Origin: Thermodesulfobacteriota bacterium
GTDB taxonomy: Bacteria > Desulfobacterota_D > UBA1144 > Nemesobacterales > UBA2774
Direction of reading: 5' to 3'
Assembly (NCBI GenBank): GCA_963422265.1
Contig: OY729416.1
Coordinates: 864,001 to 928,000, forward strand
Length of the DNA: 64,000 nt
This document shows, one piece after another, positions 10,320 to 19,262 of the stretch. Every line of letters starts with the position of its first letter. Within the stretch, counting starts at the first letter, position 1. Under the pieces are notes generated by a model, which saw only the letters and a list, made by a program, of their open reading frames with translations, was not told where the DNA came from and did no database searches. Made by a program: the position numbers and the translations under genes.

Positions 10320-12413
10320 TTACCCAATATATTGTTTGTGGAATTTTTTCATGCTACTAGGTTCACCAATCACGGTTAATCTGTCATTCTCTTTAAGTAC
10401 AGTGCTACCCCTGGGAACGATAATCTGCTCATCCCTCCTCACGAGTGCAACCAAACTACCCTCTGGCATGTGCACTTCACTTAAAGGCTTGCCAATCAAA
10501 AACTCCGCGGGAGTATTCTTATGAACGTAAATTGAATGAAATCTTTCATTATGTAAAAGCGCTTCTTTAAGCTGCTGTTCATCTTTAGCAATCTTCCAAT
10601 CAGCCATAAAGTGCTCGTATTCAACGTGCCTCGCAATCTGAGCTATCATACGAAGATGTTGAGTAGGTTTGTCAAGCGGGCTCAGCACGAAAAACATGGC
10701 GTATAGGATTTGCTTCTCTTCTTGGTCCGTAGCCGGATTATTAAACTGTATGCGAACGCCTAATCTGGAACGCACCATAACCATTTCCATCCGATCGAGA
10801 CCTTCTACGCGGGTGTGGGGGAGAGCTACGCCATGGGCTACCGGAGTTATACCTACTATAGTGCCTTCATAAAACTGCTTGCGCAGATTATCATAAGTTT
10901 CCGGCACGTATTGCGTCAGCAACTTGCTTACCCTTTCTACAATCTCTTCAAACCCAACGTCATTGACGTCAATAACATGGCTTCTAGCCACTAACTCATC
11001 AAATAGGTCACCTTTTCTAAGCTCTTTCTCCTTAAGAATACCCCTAAGCTCACGGTCAAGTTGATTATTACGGGATTGTCCCAGTTGCTCAAAATAATGG
11101 TAGATAGCTCCGATCCTTCCCACCTTGCTCCTAACGTAATAACAATACCAAACGACACCTATACATACCATTCCCACGGTGAATATCGTAGTCCAAGCAC
11201 CCATTTCACTAAGCAGCCACAATGATGCAAAAACACCGAAAATCTGCATCCATGGATATAGAGGAGAATGATACCCCGGATCGTAAGAATCTATTTTGCT
11301 TTCCCTCATTACAATTACCGCCAGACACACGAACATAAACATTAGTAGTTGAAAGGCGCTAGCTATCTTAACAATCTTGGTCGTATCAAGAAGCAAAAGG
11401 ACGACGACAATCGCGCCGACCGTAAAGGCAACCGAGTAAAAGGGCGCTCCGCTTTTGCCGAGTCTTTGAAAGAAACCCGGCATCATAAGATCCCTGCTCA
11501 TAGCAAGGGGATAGCGTGAAGCGCTCATCGTCCCGGCGTTCGCAACAGAGACGAAGGCTAACAAAGCAGCGAAAGTAACTAAAACAATTCCATATTCGCC
11601 GAAAAGAATTCCAGCCACAGTCGCCACTGGCGCTAGATCTCCAGCCAACTCATCTTTAGGAACGACTCCAACCATAACTGTGGTTCCAACACCGTAAACC
11701 AGCACTGCCGTCCCTACTGCAAGGAATATTCCTAGCGGTAGGTTACGCTCGGGATTCTCTACCTCTTCGGATACGCTCGCAACCTTGGTAACGCCTATGT
11801 AGCTTATATAGACCATCGCCGCCGTGGAAACTATTGGGGTAAAACCGGCGTCAAAAAAACCTGCAAAATTAACTGAGGAGATTTCCGTAACCCCTTTTCC
11901 TAAAACGCCCGCCAGTATAGCAAGTAAAATAATCACTAAAAAGACCTGCACCCTTCCACTAGACTTGGCGCCGAGAACGTTGATAAATCCGAACAATATC
12001 GCTATTCCAATCGCCACGGGCTTTATCGGCAACTCAGGCAGAAACAAACCCACGTAAACACCGATCCCTATCAAAGCGAAGGCTACTTTTAATACTAGAG
12101 AAAGCCAAGTTCCTATACCTCCTATAGTGCCGAAAAGGGGACCTAGAGACCTATCCATAAAATAATAAACACCACCTGCCCGCGGCATAGCTGTAGTTAG
12201 CTCAACTACGCTGAATATGGCTGGTATGATGGGGAGCGCTGCTATTAAATAAGCGATTACAATCGCATTACCAGCCTGAATCGCGGCAATACCAGGAAGA
12301 AGAAAAAATCCGGCGCTCAAAGTAGTGCCCGTCGCCAGAGCGTAAACGTCAAAGAGCTTGAGATCCTTTTTGAGACGTTGTTGTTTGTCAGAACTCTGCA
12401 TAAGGCTATCCAT
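10320..12413 (-). CDS. APC-family amino acid permease fused to PTS EIIA-like and TrkA-C (RCK_C) domains
   Basis: Multi-TM N-terminal part (GTTLSAGFFLLPG, EEVENPERNLP), GVALPH EIIA motif, C-terminal IVPRGSTVLKENDRLTVIG. Confidence 0.85.
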   Translation of the reverse strand: MDSLMQSSDKQQRLKKDLKLFDVYALATGTTLSAGFFLLPGIAAIQAGNAIVIAYLIAALPIIPAIFSVVELTTAMPRAGGVYYFMDRSLGPLFGTIGGIGTWLSLVLKVAFALIGIGVYVGLFLPELPIKPVAIGIAILFGFINVLGAKSSGRVQVFLVIILLAILAGVLGKGVTEISSVNFAGFFDAGFTPIVSTAAMVYISYIGVTKVASVSEEVENPERNLPLGIFLAVGTAVLVYGVGTTVMVGVVPKDELAGDLAPVATVAGILFGEYGIVLVTFAALLAFVSVANAGTMSASRYPLAMSRDLMMPGFFQRLGKSGAPFYSVAFTVGAIVVVLLLLDTTKIVKIASAFQLLMFMFVCLAVIVMRESKIDSYDPGYHSPLYPWMQIFGVFASLWLLSEMGAWTTIFTVGMVCIGVVWYCYYVRSKVGRIGAIYHYFEQLGQSRNNQLDRELRGILKEKELRKGDLFDELVARSHVIDVNDVGFEEIVERVSKLLTQYVPETYDNLRKQFYEGTIVGITPVAHGVALPHTRVEGLDRMEMVMVRSRLGVRIQFNNPATDQEEKQILYAMFFVLSPLDKPTQHLRMIAQIARHVEYEHFMADWKIAKDEQQLKEALLHNERFHSIYVHKNTPAEFLIGKPLSEVHMPEGSLVALVRRDEQIIVPRGSTVLKENDRLTVIGEPSSMKKFHKQYIG

Positions 12414-12490
12414 AAAAGTCTGCAGCTACCCTTATTTCAAATAAATAGACAGGTGATTATAGCTAATAAGAATAAAAAGATATACTTAAA

Positions 12491-13606
12491 TCAGACACGC
12501 GATTCTGACGTAATATCCATTTTTAGACCGTCCTGCATCTTTCGCCTTTCAATCGCGAGATCAATTAGTTTTGAGATGAGTTCTGAATAAGTAATTCCGC
12601 TCACCTCCCAGAGCTTGGGATACATACTCACCTCGGTGAAACCTGGAATAGTATTTATCTCACTCACAAACATGTCCCCCGTCTCACCTTCAATAAGAAA
12701 GTCAACCCTACCCATACCGCTGCAATCGAGAACTTTATAAGTTTTGACGGCTAGATTTCTAAGAACACTAGCGCTAAGGCCATCAAGCTCGGCTGGCGCT
12801 ATAAGCTCAGTTGTCTTTTCAAGATACTTAGCCTCGTAATCGTAAAACTCCCTGTGCGAAACAATTTCACCCGGAACAGAAGTTATCGGCTCTTCGTTAC
12901 CAAGTACGCTGATCTCTATTTCTCTCGGCTTTAGAACAGCTTTTTCTACTAGGACGCGATTTGAGAATCGACACGAGAAATCAACCGCTCCTTCTATATC
13001 ATTTTCAGATGTAACTTTTCTGATACCAATGCTTGAGCCAAGATCCGCTGATTTGATGAAACACGGAACTCCTATTTCACTAAGAATCCGATCTTCAAGC
13101 AAGTGCCTATTTGACTTCCAATCATGGCTGTAAAAACCAATATAATCGACTACAGGCAGTCCCGCTTCTTTTAAGACTGATTTCATAATTATCTTATCCA
13201 TACCAACTGACGAACCGAGCACAGAAGCTCCTACGGATGGGACGTTCATGAGTTCTAGCACCCCCTGCACCGTTCCATCCTCACCATAGGTGCCATGAAG
13301 AACTGGGAACATGACGTTTATTTCATGCTCTGAAAGGATCCTATTATTTTCTATCTCGTAAAATACTGGCTTCTCCGGATTAAGCGATGGCGTAAGAGTA
13401 GAACTTTCAGAAAACGCAGGCTGCTTCCCCTCTAGCCAGTTTCCAACTGATGCCCTTCTCCACGTTCCATTTTTCTCAATAAGAACCGGGAAGACCTCAT
13501 ATTTGTCAGGATCCATATGTGCAACAATTGATTTAGCGGAAAGAAGAGAGATTTCATGCTCGACCGATCTTCCACCAAAAATCACCCCGATTTTTAGCTT
13601 GGACAA
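12491..13606 (-). CDS. ddl: D-alanine--D-alanine ligase
   Basis: GGRSVEHEIS, LHGTYGEDG, GSSIG, FYDYEAKY, EINTIPGFT. Confidence 0.95.
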   Translation of the reverse strand: MSKLKIGVIFGGRSVEHEISLLSAKSIVAHMDPDKYEVFPVLIEKNGTWRRASVGNWLEGKQPAFSESSTLTPSLNPEKPVFYEIENNRILSEHEINVMFPVLHGTYGEDGTVQGVLELMNVPSVGASVLGSSVGMDKIIMKSVLKEAGLPVVDYIGFYSHDWKSNRHLLEDRILSEIGVPCFIKSADLGSSIGIRKVTSENDIEGAVDFSCRFSNRVLVEKAVLKPREIEISVLGNEEPITSVPGEIVSHREFYDYEAKYLEKTTELIAPAELDGLSASVLRNLAVKTYKVLDCSGMGRVDFLIEGETGDMFVSEINTIPGFTEVSMYPKLWEVSGITYSELISKLIDLAIERRKMQDGLKMDITSESRV

Positions 13607-13770
13607 TTCATTGTATCTCCTTTTAGAATAACTATCTAATTAGAATAAATATCTAACGGCTTACCCAAACTAAGCTAGGCTGTCAAGAAATATCCAAAAC
13701 TTGAAAATACAATATCTCAATGTATAATTATACAGGTTTTTTCTACTTAAAGATAAAGGAGGTTAGAACA

Positions 13771-14973
13771 ATGCAAAAGGTCGTAATTAGCGAACCACTA
13801 AGAACCGCTATTGGAGCGTTTGGTGGAACGCTAAAAGACACATCGGCAGCCGAGTTAGGCTCAGTTGTAGTAAAAGAAATACTTGACCGAACTCAGATAG
13901 ACCCCAAAGAAATAGATGATTGTATCATGGGGAACATACTAAGCGCAGGACAAGGAATGAACACGTCTAGGCAGGTAGCGTTAGGAGCCGGATTACCGGT
14001 AGAGACACCCGCCGTTACCATTAACAGAGTCTGCGGATCTGGCGTTCAATCTATCGCCCTAGCCGCTCAGGCTATAAAAGCCGGAGACGCCGATGCCATT
14101 ATCGCAGGTGGCACCGAGAATATGAACCAAGCCCCCTTTTACCTGAAGAAGGCGCGCTACGGATATAGAATGGCAATGCCCAAGGATGAGGTTACCGACG
14201 GGATGGTGTATGACGGGCTATGGGATATATTCAATGATTACCACATGGGCGTAACGGCAGAAAATCTCGCAGAGGCTTTCAATATCACAAAAGAGGAACA
14301 AGACGAGTTTGCGTATAAAAGCCAAATGAAGTGTAAGGAGGCAATGGAGAGTGGAAAATTTAAGGATGAAACAGTCCCCGTAATGATCCCTCAGAGAAGG
14401 GCTGATCCAATCGCATTTGAGAAAGACGAACATCCCAAGGCGGATGCAACTATTGAGGGGCTAGCTAGGCTTCGCGCCGTGTTCAAAGTAGGGGGAACGG
14501 TGTCGGCAGGAAACGCCTCTGGAATCAATGACGGCGCCGCCGCGGTTCTGGTAAGCTCCGCTGAAAAAGCTAAAAAACTAGGATTAACCCCCCTTGCTTC
14601 CATAGTATCTTACGCTGTAGCGGGCGTTGATCCTTCAGTTATGGGTATAGGTCCAGTGCCTGCAATTCAAAAAGCACTCGACAAGGCTAAACTCTCCATA
14701 GACGACATAGATTTATTTGAACTAAACGAGGCGTTCGCCGCCCAATCGCTTGCCGTTTTAAGAGATTTGCCAATACCAGAAGAGAAGATCAACGTCAATG
14801 GGGGCGCTATAGCCCTTGGTCATCCCATTGGTGCTTCGGGAACGAGGATTTTGGTTACGCTTCTTCACGAAATGAAAAAGAGGAAGAAAGCTAAGCGTGG
14901 ACTTGCTGCGCTATGTATCGGCGGCGGAATGGGAATTGCCATTATTGTTGAGAAAGAAAGCAACAGAAAATAA
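13771..14973 (+). CDS. atoB: Acetyl-CoA C-acetyltransferase (canonical thiolase)
   Basis: INRVCGSG, NEAF, GHPIGASG, CIGGG. ATG 13771 follows AAGGAGG. Confidence 0.92.
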   Translation: MQKVVISEPLRTAIGAFGGTLKDTSAAELGSVVVKEILDRTQIDPKEIDDCIMGNILSAGQGMNTSRQVALGAGLPVETPAVTINRVCGSGVQSIALAAQAIKAGDADAIIAGGTENMNQAPFYLKKARYGYRMAMPKDEVTDGMVYDGLWDIFNDYHMGVTAENLAEAFNITKEEQDEFAYKSQMKCKEAMESGKFKDETVPVMIPQRRADPIAFEKDEHPKADATIEGLARLRAVFKVGGTVSAGNASGINDGAAAVLVSSAEKAKKLGLTPLASIVSYAVAGVDPSVMGIGPVPAIQKALDKAKLSIDDIDLFELNEAFAAQSLAVLRDLPIPEEKINVNGGAIALGHPIGASGTRILVTLLHEMKKRKKAKRGLAALCIGGGMGIAIIVEKESNRK

Positions 14974-14983
14974 ATATAGTAAC

Positions 14984-15007
14984 GGTCGGGGAGAAAACTC
15001 CCCGACC
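14984..15007. terminator. Perfect hairpin between convergent genes (probable bidirectional terminator)
   Basis: GGTCGGGGAG-AAAA-CTCCCCGACC, 10-bp stem. Confidence 0.7.
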
Positions 15008-15036
15008 TCCTTAACAAACAGATCTGGGGAAATAGT

Positions 15037-15504
15037 TTAGAACGACTTCTGGGAGAGTTTAATCTCAATATTGTAATCGACAGCCTGAAACAGCTCCTTA
15101 AATCGCTTCGGCACGTGCACCACTTGTCTCCCTTTGTAACTCATAAAGACCAGCCCTGTTTTTGCGACGGCTAATTCCCTTTTAGTCTCCTTTTCGGATA
15201 GCATATAGACCAAATCACACCCTGTATTCGTGTAATCACACACCGCAACGTCTATTATCAAGCTATCTCCATAAAAACCCTCGGACTTATAAACTATAGC
15301 AACGTCTGACAAAACGATCCCTGGCCCGAACACGTCTAATTCGCTAAAGCCAAAACTCTTAAAGAATCTAACCCTTGCCTCGTGCGTTAGCGACAGGACT
15401 GAATCGTGCCCTAAATGACCGCCGTAGTTTATATCACTTATGCGAAGCGCAATCTCCGTTGAAAAAACAAACTTGTCCGGTGCCTCAATTTTTATTCTAG
15501 CCAT
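15037..15504 (-). CDS. Hotdog-fold thioesterase (4HBT-like)
   Basis: RISDINYGGHLGHD...HEAR motif. Confidence 0.85.
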   Translation of the reverse strand: MARIKIEAPDKFVFSTEIALRISDINYGGHLGHDSVLSLTHEARVRFFKSFGFSELDVFGPGIVLSDVAIVYKSEGFYGDSLIIDVAVCDYTNTGCDLVYMLSEKETKRELAVAKTGLVFMSYKGRQVVHVPKRFKELFQAVDYNIEIKLSQKSF

Positions 15505-15510
15505 GTAACG

Positions 15511-16557
15511 CTAAGCACGAAAATACGGTATAATATCCTGTGATATAACCTTAAACGACTCCTTTCTATCTGGGCTAAAATCCCTTAGAAAGAAATGACT
15601 TACTCCAGAGTTGACATACTCTTCAATCCTTCTAATCACCTCTTCCTTCGAACCCGCTATTACAAAATCAAGGACAATTTCACGCGAGTAGTATTTTTCT
15701 CCCATCTCCCTAAATTTTCTAAGCATATCAGGGTCGTTAGGCATAATCTTAGTATATTCAAGACCTTTGTATTGATCCTCAATATCTATATCATAGCCTG
15801 CCTGGGAAAGAAGCTCGGGCCATATTAGCGCGTGCTTAACGGGCTCAAGAGTCGTATAAGCCTCATCTTCATCCCTTGCAATAGATAAGAAGATGAAGAG
15901 AGTTTTTTCAATGGGTCCCAAGCCCTTATCTCTATTTACAGCACCCTCGTCAACGATAAGTGATTTCTCTCTGAAGACCCTCGCAGGCATAGCGTTAGTA
16001 AGCCATCCATCTCCGTACTCTCCGGCGATCTTGAGCGCTCTCGGACCCGTCGCGGCAACGTAGATAGGCAAGCTATCGCCCACAGGTTCAATCCGTAATG
16101 ACGCATCCGACAATTGAAAAAACTCTCCGTCAAAACTAACAGACTCGCCACTCCAGAGAGCGCGCATAATCTTTATGGACTCTACAACCCTTTTTAACGG
16201 CTTATCCCATTTGATTCCGTAGGGGTCTAGATTCATCTTTTCACCGTATCCGAGACATATAAACGTCCTGCCTTTTGAAATATGATCTATGGTAGCGAGT
16301 CTATGAGCAAGGATTGCCGGGTGAATCCTATGAGCATCACCTACAGCTCCCATGTGAATCGCATTTGTTCTAGTTGAAGCGGCGGTTATGACTGACCAGA
16401 CTTCGGGCGTTAACCTCTTAGCCATGAAAACAACGTGATCTGGGAACCAAACTGCATCAAAACCTGCTGTTTCTGCATTTTCTGTAAACGTGATAAGCGT
16501 TTGCGTTGACTCGCCCGGCACGGGAGCAGCTATCCCGAACTTGATCTTCTCACCCAT
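15511..16557 (-). CDS. Luciferase-like (LLM) flavin/F420-dependent oxidoreductase
   Basis: AETAGFDAVWFPDH, ATIDHISKGR, PIYVAATGPRALKIAGEYGDGW. Confidence 0.85.
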   Translation of the reverse strand: MGEKIKFGIAAPVPGESTQTLITFTENAETAGFDAVWFPDHVVFMAKRLTPEVWSVITAASTRTNAIHMGAVGDAHRIHPAILAHRLATIDHISKGRTFICLGYGEKMNLDPYGIKWDKPLKRVVESIKIMRALWSGESVSFDGEFFQLSDASLRIEPVGDSLPIYVAATGPRALKIAGEYGDGWLTNAMPARVFREKSLIVDEGAVNRDKGLGPIEKTLFIFLSIARDEDEAYTTLEPVKHALIWPELLSQAGYDIDIEDQYKGLEYTKIMPNDPDMLRKFREMGEKYYSREIVLDFVIAGSKEEVIRRIEEYVNSGVSHFFLRDFSPDRKESFKVISQDIIPYFRA

Positions 16558-16780
16558 TTATGAAACCTCCTTTAACCCCTAGCTAATCAAATTATACACT
16601 CTTATTTTAACTTTTTTATCTTGATTTTTTACAAACCATAGTTTATTCTTCTATATGTTATTAAGTATGCCATAATACAGTCTGGTATAGCGAGGCTTGG
16701 GAAAACATCGGAGTATTGAAAAATCCGGAAATATTGAGGAAATATTGAAAGATAAAAAACACTGAAAGACACGAGGTGGA

Positions 16781-17041
16781 ATGCAGATGGGAAGATTCGA
16801 TAGGACTTTCGACAAACCCGAAATAGAACATGTAAGTAAAAGCGTGGACATTGAACAGAAGAGGTTCTTCTTTGATGTTAAGGAAAACCATAAAGGTAAA
16901 TACCTTAGAATTACAGAATTGAGCGGCTCCAGATCATCTATAGTTATACCGCTTGATGGCATAAGCCTATTTAAAGAAAGATTGGGAGACGTGATCGAAG
17001 AAGTTGACAAACTTCTTGAGAGTCCCGTTACAAGCAAGTAG
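16781..17041 (+). CDS. Single PUR-repeat (Pur-alpha/DUF3276-like) ssDNA/RNA-binding protein
   Basis: SKSVDIEQKRFFFDVKENHKGKYLRITE...RSSIVIP matches the PUR repeat pattern. SD GAGGTG, start 16781 or 16787. Confidence 0.8.
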   Translation: MQMGRFDRTFDKPEIEHVSKSVDIEQKRFFFDVKENHKGKYLRITELSGSRSSIVIPLDGISLFKERLGDVIEEVDKLLESPVTSK

Positions 17042-17113
17042 CTCACGTTCCGGATATTCAATTACAATAATTTTCATTGCTCATGAGATTGATATTACGC
17101 AAAGGTCAAGCGG

Positions 17114-18379
17114 TTATCTTATGAAATCAGGTATGCTCTCGCCTTTAAGCAGATCCTCGTATTTCTCTCTTTTCCTAACCACTGAAAAATCATCCCCCTT
17201 AACAAGAACCTCTGGTGCCCGTAAACGAGTGTTGTAATTCGAAGACATAACGAACCCATAAGCTCCTGCGCTTAGCACGGCTAATAGATCCCCACTCTTC
17301 ACCCTAGTCATCTCCCGATTTTGTGCTAAGAAATCACCCGATTCACATATCGGTCCCACTATATCAACAACTTCATCTGGAGAGTTAGTAGCTTCGTTCA
17401 CCGTTAGAATCTCATGGTGGGAATCATAGAAAGCAGGTCTGAGCAGATCATTCATGGCAGCGTCAACTATTATGAACTTTTTTGCCGTTCCTTCCTTTAA
17501 GTACATAACCTTGGTTGCCAGCACCCCCGCGTTACCGATGAGAGACCTTCCGGGCTCTAGCACAAGTTTGTAGGGCTTATCTGAGAGTCCACTCATAACG
17601 ACGTCGGCGTATGCCTGGTGGCTAGGAGGAGTATCACCCTTTTCATAGCTTATTCCAAGCCCACCGCCTATATCAATATAGCGTATGTCAATACCTTCAT
17701 TTACAAGATTGTCCGCAATACCAACTAACTTTTTAACGGAATCTGAAAAGGGAGTAAGATCAAAAATTTGAGAGCCTATATGAGCGTCTATAGCTACAAC
17801 TTCAATGCCTTCCATAGCGTTAGCTTGGCTGTAAGCGTCTATAGCCTTCTCCACCTCTATACCGAATTTGCTCTTCTTAAAGCCCGTAGAGATATATGGG
17901 TGAGTTTTAGGATCAATATCCGGATTCACTCTAAGAGCTATCGGGGCTTTTCTATTAAGTTCGATTCCAACCATATTTAACTGATGAAGCTCTTCAACTG
18001 ACTCAACGTTAAAAAATAATATGCCGGCTTCGATTGCTGCTATCATTTCCTCTCTAGTCTTACCCACGCCAGAGAAAACGATTTTTGACGGATCCACTCC
18101 CGCCTTTTTTACGCGAAATAACTCCCCAACAGAGACTATATCAAATCCTGAACCCATCTCTGAAAAGGATTTTAATATAGCGAGATTAGAGTTAGCTTTT
18201 ACTGAATAGCAGATCAACGTTTCAGAGCTAGAAAAAGCCTTCTGATACCGAGTAAAGGAGTCTTCCAACACCGAATAGCTGTAAATATAGCAAGGGGTTC
18301 CAACCGATTGGGCTACCCTTGATATAGGAACATCCTCTACGTATAATTCAGAGTCTTTATATCGAAAAGCGGCGTGCAT
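17114..18379 (-). CDS. lysA: Diaminopimelate decarboxylase
   Basis: YSVKAN, HIGSQ, EPGR, GPICESGD, GAYG..MSSNYN. Confidence 0.95.
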   Translation of the reverse strand: MHAAFRYKDSELYVEDVPISRVAQSVGTPCYIYSYSVLEDSFTRYQKAFSSSETLICYSVKANSNLAILKSFSEMGSGFDIVSVGELFRVKKAGVDPSKIVFSGVGKTREEMIAAIEAGILFFNVESVEELHQLNMVGIELNRKAPIALRVNPDIDPKTHPYISTGFKKSKFGIEVEKAIDAYSQANAMEGIEVVAIDAHIGSQIFDLTPFSDSVKKLVGIADNLVNEGIDIRYIDIGGGLGISYEKGDTPPSHQAYADVVMSGLSDKPYKLVLEPGRSLIGNAGVLATKVMYLKEGTAKKFIIVDAAMNDLLRPAFYDSHHEILTVNEATNSPDEVVDIVGPICESGDFLAQNREMTRVKSGDLLAVLSAGAYGFVMSSNYNTRLRAPEVLVKGDDFSVVRKREKYEDLLKGESIPDFIR

Positions 18380-18498
18380 TTCTATAATTCCCCCAAGTTT
18401 TACGTGTTAACCGGAGTGGACAATTGTAACTGGCTGAAACCTGCCCGCTATCCACAACAGTAAGCACAAATAGCATTAGCTTAAAACGTAGCGAGAAA

Positions 18499-19095
18499 CT
18501 AGCTGCCCCGTTTAAGTTGTCTATCAAGAAAATCCAGCCTATCATTTCCCCAGAACATCTTGTCACCTATAAACATGGTAGGTGCTCCGAACACACCCCT
18601 TTCAATAGTAACTTTAGTCTCTTCCCTGAGTTTATCCTTAATATCCTGCTCCGCTATTCGCTTCAGGAACCAATCGGCTTCAATACCAATAGTGCTGACC
18701 GCATCCCCTAGTATCTCTGGCTTGCTTAAATCAAAACCATCTATCCAGTAAAGACTGAACATCTTATGACTATATTCGGTGAGCTTATTTAGCTCTGACG
18801 CTGCAAACGCCCCTCTCATGGATCTTACGCTATTCAGGGGAAATAGGTCGGGAAAGTTAAAATCTACCCCATAATACCCTGCGGAATCCTCCGTATCCTG
18901 CCTCATAAAGCTGAACTTGCTATCAATTTGCACCGCTGGCTTTGATCCTATCTCGTTGAACACTCCCCCCAGAAGAAAGGGTTTCCACTCTAAGCCAGCA
19001 CCATTATCCTTGCAGATTTTTTCTATTCGTCTCGATGCTATATAGGCGTAAGGACTACTGAAATCGTAATAAAATTCGACTTTCCTATTCATCAT
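18499..19095 (-). CDS. 2-hydroxychromene-2-carboxylate isomerase / DsbA (kappa-GST) family protein
   Basis: FYYDFSSPYAY, GVFGAPT, FWGNDRL. Confidence 0.88.
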   Translation of the reverse strand: MMNRKVEFYYDFSSPYAYIASRRIEKICKDNGAGLEWKPFLLGGVFNEIGSKPAVQIDSKFSFMRQDTEDSAGYYGVDFNFPDLFPLNSVRSMRGAFAASELNKLTEYSHKMFSLYWIDGFDLSKPEILGDAVSTIGIEADWFLKRIAEQDIKDKLREETKVTIERGVFGAPTMFIGDKMFWGNDRLDFLDRQLKRGS

Positions 19096-19262
19096 TAATC
19101 TCCACACACCAGTAGGTTAAGCAGGGATTGTAAGTAATATAAACTTTAATATCAAGTAGCTGGGTGCTTTACCAGCCTTCCCCTAAGGCATCAATTGTCT
19201 GCAATTGACCAGTTTAGTCTCTATGCTAAACTCAAGCTACTATACATAGAGAGAGATTAAGT

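Noticed and set aside
16651-17061. 136-aa and 76-aa minus-strand ORFs
   Set aside because: Antisense to the PUR-repeat gene, which has an SD and a recognisable motif.
18380-18498. Lysine riboswitch or small lipoprotein gene upstream of lysA
   Set aside because: Only about 120 nt, no recognisable L-box elements and no lipobox ORF.
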